52,653 nt of DNA from positions 23,810,148 to 23,862,800 of the forward strand of contig NC_068992.1 of NCBI RefSeq assembly GCF_001194135.2, read 5' to 3'. The stretch is from Octopus bimaculoides. Lineage: Eukaryota. Within the stretch, counting starts at the first letter, position 1, and each line of letters starts with the position of its first letter. Under the pieces are notes generated by a model. The model saw only the letters and a program-made list of their open reading frames with translations, was not told the origin of the DNA and did not search any database. The translations under genes and the position numbers were made by a program. Below are positions 1 to 10,036 of this stretch, one piece after another.

Positions 1-49
<49 letters not shown>

Positions 50-76
50 TATATATATATACATTCATATATACAT
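1..76. repeat. (AT)n/(AC)n microsatellite
   Basis: Direct inspection. Confidence 0.95.
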
Positions 77-149
77 ATGTTTCTTCTAAGGGAAAGATAC
101 GGAGAAACAGTTACAAGGTGGCAGATGTCACACAGGGCTACCTCTCTGA

Positions 150-420
150 AGGGGAGGAAGGGAAGAAAGGAATGGTCAACATTCCAGACATTCCAGAGAG
201 GGGTATTTGAGATGGGAAGGGGTGGAATGGGAGAAAAGAGTCTTCAACATTCCAGAGAGGGGGATTTGAGAGATGAAGAGGAGGAAGGGGAGGAAGGAAT
301 GTTCAACATTCCAGAGAGGGAGATTTGAGAGATTCCCCTCTCTGGTATCTCTGGAATGTTGAACATTCCTTCCTCCCCTTCCCTTCTCAAATCTCCCTCT
401 CTGTTATCTCTGGATGTTGA
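150..420. repeat. Three ~60-68 bp purine-rich tandem units followed by an inverted, rearranged copy
   Basis: Motif TCAACATTCCAGAGAGGG..ATTTGAGA at ~176, ~244 and ~303. 283-317 is the exact 35-bp reverse complement of 348-382, and 312-330 of 385-403. Confidence 0.9.
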
Positions 421-467
421 AATTACTAGTAGTACAGCGTTTCAGACATTTAAGAGTTTGTCTAAGT

Positions 468-545
468 TAATCTGGCCGATGAAAACTAATCATATTTACG
501 TTAACAAACGTAATCTCGAAAGTTCGAAACCTCGGTCCTAGATTA
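468..545 (+). ncRNA. Type I hammerhead ribozyme-like fold (this copy has two core substitutions)
   Basis: Stem I TAATCTGG(468-475)/CTAGATTA(538-545). Core CCGATGA(476-482). Stem II AACT(484-487)/AGTT(521-524) with inner hairpin TTACGTT/AACGTAA(496-513). GAAA(526-529). Stem III ACC-TC-GGT(529-536). GTC cleavage triplet ending at C537. Confidence 0.65.
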
Positions 546-1740
546 TCCACATCTGGGTTGTACATTTATATAATGTTCTTCCTACATGTAAGATGAATTT
601 TTAATGTTCGCCGCCCTCTAACATTTTCCTAGTATACATATATATATACATATTATAGCGTCGTTTGTTATCGACTGCTATTTCCAGTAAACACTGGTGC
701 ATTGTTGTACCACCATTTTATATATGTATGTATGTATGTATGCGATTGCAGCGATAAATATGCATGATGTCCATACAGAAACAAAGACTGACAACCTTGC
801 TTAAGACATTATTTGTAATATGATGTCTAAATTACCAGACTTTGTTTTCCAGAGTGACTGGCAAATGCTATCAAGTGTCGCTCGGTATTTTTGCATAGAG
901 GTTCGTGAACCCCTTTCAGTGTCAACAGAAAAAAAAATGAGAAATTCTGTCCGTTGTGTTGGCGTAGCTTTACGCATTACAAAACAGACTCTGTGTAGTA
1001 TCTCGCACCACATATGACATGACCTCAGTTAACTCATTTATTTGCCAAAACACTTTACTCTCTGGTTTATTATATAAACTCACTTTTACATGTGAATCAC
1101 AGAGATAGTAATATTAGCAATATTTAATACATAACTGTATCAAACAGACGAAATAGGATTCATGTAAGTTTGTCAGCCATTAAAGATTGCTTAAGCCATT
1201 GACTAAAAAAAACTAGTTATATATAATTTGTAAATAATAACACTAAATAAACTGGGTTAATAGAATTTATAGCAGAGAGAAAGAATAAGCGGTAGAAGTT
1301 ACGTGTTAATTGCAGTAATATATTTTTTTTGTATAAAACTGTCGTATGAATGCTAATGATATGAAGGCTTAATTAATGACAAAGCAAACAACTATATACA
1401 AATTGTGTGTCAATTACCAAAGCCTGCCTACATTATTATCAGCTTTATTTACTCTATCATTCATGGGTAAATGTTATGGTTCTCATTAAACAAACACAAT
1501 TACAGCGAAGATTAATTCATTAACATGACAATATCTAATATCCTGCTTTCATTTCTGTTATTCTTTTGTTTTTTGCACTTCAATGTATTTTTTAATTAAT
1601 TTTTCAATGAAAATGAGCATAAAAGTGAAACCCTCAGACATATGTAGTACATAATATACAGACATTTGAATAATTCATGATTTTGTCGTGAGTACGGAAA
1701 ACGCGCTGGTACACATGCAGTCTCATACAATATATATATA

Positions 1741-2053
1741 NNNNNNNNNNNNNNNNNNNNNNNNNNNNNNNNNNNNNNNNNNNNNNNNNNNNNNNNNNNN
1801 NNNNNNNNNNNNNNNNNNNNNNNNNNNNNNNNNNNNNNNNNNNNNNNNNNNNNNNNNNNNNNNNNNNNNNNNNNNNNNNNNNNNNNNNNNNNNNNNNNNN
1901 NNNNNNNNNNNNNNNNNNNNNNNNNNNNNNNNNNNNNNNNNNNNNNNNNNNNNNNNNNNNNNNNNNNNNNNNNNNNNNNNNNNNNNNNNNNNNNNNNNNN
2001 NNNNNNNNNNNNNNNNNNNNNNNNNNNNNNNNNNNNNNNNNNNNNNNNNNNNN
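1741..2053. other. Assembly gap (N run)
   Basis: N run flanked by (AT)n. Confidence 1.
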
Positions 2054-2108
<55 letters not shown>

Positions 2109-2345
2109 CTTATACACACATATACATATGCACACACGTACATAAACCTTGCACAAACATACATATATAAATATACATATACATATGCATACATATATAT
2201 ATATATATATGTGTGTATATATATATATACATATGCGCGTACACACACATATGTATAAGTGATGGGTGTGCGAGTGCATTTGTTATTTCTGTGTGTGCGT
2301 GTGTGTGTGCATCCGTGTGTGTGTATGCGTGTATGTTTGTGTGTG
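2054..2345. repeat. Compound (AT)n/(AC)n/(GT)n microsatellite
   Basis: Direct inspection. Confidence 0.9.
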
Positions 2346-2689
2346 AGCAGAGGAATGGTTGGCGGCATAGTAGTTTCTTCTGTAGTTATGGTAGTATGAG
2401 GCTTAAATGAACAATATATATACCGCAGTAGGTTTGCAATAATACACATACGTATTTAATATTCTATATTCTACAATAAATACATAAGGTGTATTAATAA
2501 TCATCTTTTTTCTCCCATTAATTCTCTAAATTGCTCACAATACTGTCAGTTCATTAAACACTGAGAATTAGAGATAATTCTGTTGGAGATAATTCTTATA
2601 TCAGCATTCAGAAAATTATTTACATATATTTATATGCAGCCATGCCTTCTCCAAATCATGAATTGCAGGCAGGTGGATATATATACATG

Positions 2690-2727
<38 letters not shown>

Positions 2728-2752
2728 GTATATATATATATATATATATATA

Positions 2753-2960
2753 NNNNNNNNNNNNNNNNNNNNNNNNNNNNNNNNNNNNNNNNNNNNNNNN
2801 NNNNNNNNNNNNNNNNNNNNNNNNNNNNNNNNNNNNNNNNNNNNNNNNNNNNNNNNNNNNNNNNNNNNNNNNNNNNNNNNNNNNNNNNNNNNNNNNNNNN
2901 NNNNNNNNNNNNNNNNNNNNNNNNNNNNNNNNNNNNNNNNNNNNNNNNNNNNNNNNNNNN
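2753..2960. other. Assembly gap (N run)
   Basis: N run. Confidence 1.
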
Positions 2961-3145
2961 ACAACAGACGAGGACAGGTGGTGTAAACAACAAAAGGATG
3001 TATTAGTTTGACGCTCGGGAATACAGAAAGTCTTTAACGTTTCGAGCTACGCCCTTCAACAGAAAGAATACGGAGAAAACAAGGAGAAAAAAATGAATGG
3101 TGTTTGATCAGCGATTAATCATGGCGTCGGGAACAAACAAATTTA
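2961..3145 (-). mobile_element. Dispersed repeat, Penelope-terminus-like, carrying a minimal hammerhead-like motif (copy 1)
   Basis: Shares GAAG(A/G)GCGTAG..CGAAACGTTAAAGAC and ACCACCTGTC(C/T)TCGTCTGTTGT with the copy at 33291-33390. Confidence 0.65.
3031..3067 (-). ncRNA. Minimal type I hammerhead-like motif with variant core CUGUUGA
   Basis: Minus strand reads TCTTT-CTGTTGA-A-GGGC-GTA-GCTC-GAAAC-GTT-AAAGA: 5-bp stem I, 4-bp stem II (one G-U pair), loopless palindromic ACGT stem III. Confidence 0.5.
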
Positions 3146-3284
3146 CTTCAGAGATCTTTTCACCAGATTTTCCAAAGAAGCGATTTTCCCTTATCGACAG
3201 AATGGAATTCATGGCTGTGTTGCTAGAGGTCTTCAAAGTGACAGAAACATAGATAACCGACGTAGGTTGTCTTAGACACGACAA

Positions 3285-3945
3285 CCTTTATGACAACTCT
3301 CACTTTCAAGGTAAGCGTTTGTACTTTGGTCACAAGAAATAGTAACAAAATACCAGGTGTGTAAATAGTAAACGCCATAATGAAACAATCCATTCAGACT
3401 CTGGGGAATGAACACGAATGATGTGACCCATATAAGAAATAACTGTATGAAAATCCTGTTATTCTGATAATCAAAGTAGTTTGGCTTGAACGAAAAGTCT
3501 CTGGAGACGGTGGATATGAAGGGTACGAAAAATTACAGTGAGATTGAAAAATAAAGGGCTTTCTCTGTCTCTTTCTGTCTCTATCTCCTAAATCCGTGGC
3601 AGAGTCATACCAAAACCTCTCTCAAAGCAGGCATAAACAGACTAGATTTATTCTACAGTGAGGAAGGAAAAGTGTGGATATTAGTGCAATTTAGTTAACC
3701 TGCAGATGATAACATTACGCTAAACACAGGTACGACCCAGTTACAAACATACAGTTAATTTAGCTTTGTTGTAGTTTCAGATTTACTTCCGTAATGATTG
3801 CATTGTCTGGATATGTAACTAACTGCTTTAGCAATGGTCTCCAGAAAGTGGTGTTTACAAAATCCGCAACAACACAGCTAGTTAGGAAATTACGGTTTTA
3901 AGCCATAGACGGAAATATGTTAACACGTAAAACATTCCGGATATT
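3285..3945 (+). mobile_element. Old, decayed RLE-type (R4/Dong-like) LINE 3' fragment, family 1
   Basis: Broken frames SHFQG..QEIVTKY, DVTHIRNNC, KTSLKAGINRLDLFYSEEGKVWILVQFS*PADDNI and FRFTSVMIALSGYVTNC align with the younger copies at 4072 and 38545. Confidence 0.7.
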
Positions 3946-4071
3946 TACTTGGTAAGAAGCGTGCATGCATACGTGTACACATAGGAAGATGTGTATGTTA
4001 AGGTATATAAATCGTAACATACAAATTTGTACATTCTTGAATACATCCATACATACATATATACATACATA

Positions 4072-4516
4072 CCTGATATAATGATTTGGGATAGAGAAGA
4101 GAAACTGTGCACAGTTGTGGAAATTAGCTGCCCAGCGGATGTTAACACGAAGCTGAAGATCATTGAAAAAGCGAACACCTTTGCTGAACTATAGAGAAAT
4201 CTGCAGTTACTCTATACAGACTACAAGTTCAGGTTTATAACTGTAATTACAGGGCCCCTGGGATGTATAACACACTGCCTAAATACCAATCTTGAAAAAT
4301 TAGGCTTCTGAAAACCAGAAAGGAGAAAGCTAATTCGAAGACTACAGATGAAATCCATCACTGGAACTGTAAAAATTTTGTAAAACTTTCCAAAAGTTTA
4401 TCATTTAAATATATATGAGCATGTCTAGATATGTAACTATATGCATGAGAATGCATACATAAAACATACAAATCTGCATATACATACATACATACATACA
4501 TACATACATACATACA
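4072..4516 (+). mobile_element. 5'-truncated RLE-type (R4/Dong-like) LINE, family 1, endonuclease domain plus 3' UTR
   Basis: Translates PDIMIWDREEKLCTVVEISCPADVN..EK..LQLLYTDYKFRFITVITGPLG, a PD-(D/E)xK restriction-like endonuclease pattern with two in-frame stops and a frameshift. Ends in (TACA)n. Confidence 0.85.
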
Positions 4517-4532
4517 CTGTTGTTGATGTAGG

Positions 4533-4603
<71 letters not shown>

Positions 4604-4637
4604 GAAGGTAGATCGATCGATAGATATATAGATAGAC
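4533..4637. repeat. (TAGA)n microsatellite
   Basis: Direct inspection. Confidence 0.95.
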
Positions 4638-6070
4638 ATACATTCATACAGAGAGAGACTATATTCTACTAGGATTTAATAAAGAGCTACTTAGTTCATA
4701 ATGAATGTTATTGGCGATATAGACAGTATATTTAAACATGGAAATATTCCTTTATTTTGGCAAATGGATGTTTGTTTATATGTCGTTTCAACAATAACTT
4801 GGCAGACTTTTGGATATAGTAAAAGAAGTAAGACAAAGGGAAACACATAAAGAAAATGCTATCATAGATTTCGAAAAGCTGAGAGAAAATCATTATCTTC
4901 AATGACATATCGGATATGTAGCGATAACATTCACATGCAAACAAATAGGCGTCAGATTGGTTTGTCCTCTTGTGAGCGAATTGCGTAACCTTCAGATTTC
5001 GCAAGCAAATATGATACCGGTTTCTCTACAAGCATAACCAGAATTACAGATCGGTTGACTTATTGAACTACACCGCTGCCATATTCTTCCCTATCAGTGA
5101 CAATAGAATCTGCTTCTGATTTAATTTCGAAACCGTGTATATGCGAAAAATGTAATGCTATGTTGGAAAACCTTGAGCTATTTAAAACATGCTGAAAGGT
5201 GATGTTATTTTGACAGAGTTTAACATACACACATGACTGTAAAATGTGGAGAAATTATAAACCAGTGCAGCAAAAATTTATGCATAAGACATTACTTTTT
5301 CTGCAATATTCAAGAAGGCTGCCTTCGGTTTCTTTGTGATGGATGAAAATATATTCTATTAAACATATAGAAAGGAATCCAAAACAAAGAAACATAAAAC
5401 TCGCTTAAAAGTTCAGAATGAGATGATCAGGCGAATTTGTTTGGACGCTAACGACTGACTGGATATTTAACCTGTTTTGGTTAAGGTGCTTTTGTCGTTG
5501 GAAGCAACTACACGCGCATGTGAGCAGTAGTCTATGCATACGAGTAGAAAGAGATGCGAGGGAAGTTACGATTTATTAACACGAGTGACATAAACGCTTA
5601 CCCTTTCTTAATACACATGTTGAACTATGTTCCCATATAAGCGGGGAGACAGTAGGGATGGATAGAACAAGAGAAATATTAAAACGAGAGAAACAATAAA
5701 ATATCTCAGGTCAAATATGTCAGGGGTGAATCAGCGATGCCCTATAGGTGGAGCCAAATCGACTTGGTTGAAAGGCCTCATAACCTAAAAGGATTATGGT
5801 ATGGGCATCAGTGTTGAACTCGTGACGCGAGATCATATTTTGAATTTTATTTTCTAGGAATCAGAGAACAGGAAAGAGTCAACATTGTCTTTTGAACAAA
5901 AGAGACGGCAAGTCTCTTGAAGCCGAAGTGCAACAGAAAATTTCGATAAAGTCACGATTTTATTGCATGTAGTACACATACAACAAGATGCTTCCCTAAA
6001 ATACAATTAATATAGCATAACAATACAACTAAACAATACATAATGATATTCAAAGGATAACTTGCTCTAG

Positions 6071-6132
6071 AGTAAATACAGAAATACATAGTGTTAAGTA
6101 AATACAGAAATATCTAGTGTTAAGTAAATACA
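6071..6132. repeat. 26-bp tandem repeat x2.4
   Basis: Unit AGTAAATACAGAAATA(CA/TC)TAGTGTTA. Confidence 0.9.
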
Positions 6133-6795
6133 TACATACGTTTCTACCCATTGTGTTTAGTAGACCACTTGATTAAAACATCCGTCAAATGCAAACACAA
6201 TAGAATTAATACAATTGCCTGGCATCGAAAAGAAAAATTATGTACAGATGTGAATGCAAGATTCTCTGCAGATGTGAAAATTCTTACAAAAGCAGTGAGA
6301 AAATCATGCACATGAACAAGTTCGACACGTTAGATTTAAAATTTACATTTACACTTAGAGTTATAGCAACACACGGTTATGTTACTAACTTTCGCAATTG
6401 TAACAACTAAAAGTAAGGATTTTCATTCATAGAAAGTGAGCTGTGAAACTCATTTACAATCTGTTACAAACTGTTAGACGAACCAATGAAATATGCATGT
6501 GTTTTCTTAAAGTGCAACATCTACCTCCTCCTCGTCGTTGTGGTTACTTAAATACATGCTGTAGAATATTAATACCATCTAACGCCATTAATGCTGTGAC
6601 CAGATTCTTTTCATGTTCACCGAAATGGAATACATTTGGTAAACGGTAACAAGTAACCAATTAGAGAATACACAGACAGACAGATACACACACAGATTCG
6701 CACTGACGCACGCATACATACATATATAGATATGTACATACACATATGCATACAGATTGATAAATATCTAGACACACACACATATATACAGAGAA

Positions 6796-6866
<71 letters not shown>
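6796..6866. repeat. (TAGA)n microsatellite
   Basis: Direct inspection. Confidence 0.95.
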
Positions 6867-6867
<1 letters not shown>

Positions 6868-8460
6868 ATAGAGAGGGAGAGAGAAAGCTGGATAGACGTT
6901 GACGTACATTTATACAAATATAGGCATCATCTGCATACACGCATACAAAGGACTGTATATATAAGTACAATATTTCACTATAATATAATGCACATGGTTT
7001 TCTCCTTAGAGCTATGTCTATCCATTGACTGTTTGACAGAGAGCAGGTACAGTGCAACCGCCCACATTATAAATTATTTAATCATTTCTTCTGATATTCA
7101 AGACATAAAAGTATTTCGTAATATAAATATATTCTTAAATCTAGGAAACAACCCAAGTTTGAATGTGAATATTATATATCATGTCGTGGGGACTAAACAT
7201 ACAATCATTTCCTGTGGATGTTTAATATTAGGAAACTGAAACCAACAATAAAATCTCTGTACTTAAGGTGTACTTGTTAAATGATCGTTCAAGTAGTATT
7301 ATTTATTTTGCTTCAAATTTCTGAGTGACTTTGAGACGAACCACCCAAGAAATGCTTATAGCTTTAGCAAATATACTAACAATACACCCATCTGAATTTA
7401 CTGTTAGCATTCGGAAATCTTTGAGTTCGTTGCGTATAGCATCTGGTCTATCTCAAAGAAAGGGAAGGACAAATTTTAGAAATTAGAAAAGCATGTGGTG
7501 TGTTGTTCTAATGGTGTAATGGCGTAACATAGCGTTTCATTAAGTCACTACTTTTATAATGGAGACCGATTGCAGATGTATATATCCATGGTTAGTTTCC
7601 TCTTCAACCCGAAAAAATAGCAAAGCAAAAATATTGACATGTCAGTTTATTAGATTCTCGCTATTATAACTTCTATTATAAATATTTCATTATAACTAGT
7701 TTTATCTGGCTGGGAAACGGCTCACTTGCAAAAGTAGAATGATTTAGTCAGTGAATCAGTCGACTCTTTAGGGATTTGCTTCGAATGCGCCTGGAATATC
7801 AATAAAAGACTCTCATCAAATATTCTACTTGAAATGTCGAACGACAATAACAATTTTCACTTTCATATTATACACTATGCTCGCATCAAATACTAATTTA
7901 TGAAATACATTAAATTATACAGTTTAAGGAACTTAATTTTCAAAGCCTTCCAGATACGATCAATTCTTCACCAACTATGCACTCTTCCTTCCTCTTTCTT
8001 CTAGAGTAATCACCTAATGCTTCTGTTACAGCCGAACCAAGTACCGAAATGTATTATTACATAAAATTAATATTTACTTTTCGTTTGTAAAACCCCTTCG
8101 GATATTATTCATATAAACATAGAATTTTTAAAAGAAGATAACTGTGTAACCACACAAACTAATTTCAAATAACATTACCTGAGTAACAATTCTAAGTAAC
8201 AGAAAATATACTTCTGAGATTACGTTAAGAATTATACACATTTCAATACCAGCGGTAACATCAAAAACAATTCTTGACAAGATAGCAATAACTGGATTAC
8301 TACTTGTAGACCATAACTGAAAGTTAGATTAAAATGTTAATATTGTAATATCATATTATATGAATATATATGTTTGATGTGTGTATTTATGTTTACATGA
8401 ATTTATGTGCCCGCATACGCGCGCGCGCGCGCACACACACACAAACACAAACATTTTATA

Positions 8461-8560
8461 NNNNNNNNNNNNNNNNNNNNNNNNNNNNNNNNNNNNNNNN
8501 NNNNNNNNNNNNNNNNNNNNNNNNNNNNNNNNNNNNNNNNNNNNNNNNNNNNNNNNNNNN
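8461..8560. other. Assembly gap (exactly 100 N, probably of unknown size)
   Basis: N run. Confidence 1.
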
Positions 8561-9149
8561 CAACATTAACATCTTTTAAATTAATTACCACAGGTCAGCA
8601 GAGACACACACAGCGTTACAAGCCCATACAATTCACTGTACTAGATAATGGAAGATAGAATCCCGCAAACACAAACTTAAAAGACCACCACAGAACTACA
8701 ACCTAGCATAACTGTAAATAAATAATTAAAACCGTAATAGTAGAACTAAATCCCGTGATGTATTAAATAATGAAAACGTTGTTGTGGGACTGAATCAACA
8801 TATCCCTCATTAGAGAAAGTAAAAATATGCAATTAAAATACTAGAACAAAATCATTTGTTGTATAAACAAAGGAATTCGATAAACTGATAAATAACGGTA
8901 GACTGAACCAAAGTGAGCATCATCTGCTGACGAATAATAATATGATTAGAGCCGCCTCTCTCCTGTTATATGAATGTTGTTTCATGATGCCGATAGTAAA
9001 TAACTGGTTGACTGCATTCAAAGCAATAGAATGATTCAGAGTTGAAAAAGAAATGGAAAGGGAAGCTAGGTTACAAAGTATTGAGTGCAATTTGCAAAGT
9101 TGCAGATTTCTAGAAGCAACAATTCTTCCCAGATCTACAAAAGCAACAT

Positions 9150-9206
9150 GTTTCTTCGTTTGACTATCTTTCGTTTCTTCGTTTGACTATCTTTCGTTTC
9201 TTCGTT
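9150..9206. repeat. 23-bp tandem repeat x2.5
   Basis: Unit GTTTCTTCGTTTGACTATCTTTC. Confidence 0.9.
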
Positions 9207-9670
9207 CGTTTTATTACTTTTTTTTTTCCTTTCACTGGTATTCATTACTACGTTCGTCTGCTCCATATTTTGAAGAACACACTTTCCCTACAACATGAGT
9301 TTTGCTTCGTAATTAGGAACGTTTCCTAACATAGTGAAAGCAAATACCTCATATGATGCAAATGTATGAAGAACATACGGTTAAGAATAGTTATCTGCAC
9401 AATACAATAACATCCATTGAAACAATGCACGTTAGAAAAATGTTTTTATTTAAGAACGATATCGCAGTTATAAAGCAAATTAGTCGGTGTGACTTTTGGC
9501 CCCAACTCGAGAAAAGTGAGCCAAGAGATTTAGGGGTTGAGGATCCAACCCACTAAGAGATAGTATATATCCAATATACTGCTGGAAGGGTATCCTATTA
9601 TTGTTACACTAGTGTTATACCAAATGCAATAAGTGGGTGCAGGTAAAAGCGGGTTATTTTACCCTAGATT

Positions 9671-10036
9671 TATATAGCAGTAAGAAAATGGAGTGGAATA
9701 TGAGGTACTCTTCAACTTGCAGACTTGTATTCCGTTGATTAATCTGTTTATTTTATAACTAAATTGACAAAAAACACAATATACAGACACTTATAGCATA
9801 CCATGTCATATCAACAATTAAGATTTCAAAGTAAAGGACATTTTGTCCCTTTTCCAATTGCTAAATGTCCTTTAATTTGAAATCTTAATTGTTGATATGA
9901 CATGGTATGCTATAAGTGTCTGTATATTGTGTTTTTTGTCAATTTAGTTATAAAATAAACAGATTAATCAACGGAATACAGTGTCGGCAAGTTTATGAGT
10001 ACTTCATGTTCCCCTCCATTTTCTGATTGCTATATA
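9671..10036. mobile_element. ~365-bp palindromic foldback element (MITE-like)
   Basis: 9726-9843 and 9863-9980 are reverse complements (118 bp, one mismatch seen) around a 19-nt loop. Outer arms 9671-9725/9981-10036 pair with about 9-10 differences. TATATA at both ends. Confidence 0.85.

Noticed and set aside
820-1017. 65-aa ORF MMSKLPDFVFQSDWQ..
   Set aside because: Short, with no recognisable domain or splice context.
7352-7486. 44-codon open frame MLIALANILTIHPSEF..
   Set aside because: Within chance expectation; no homology recognised.
9041-9163. Coiled-coil-looking frame VEKEMEREARLQSIECNLQ
   Set aside because: Weak acceptor and no supporting neighbours. It cannot be called an exon without RNA data.
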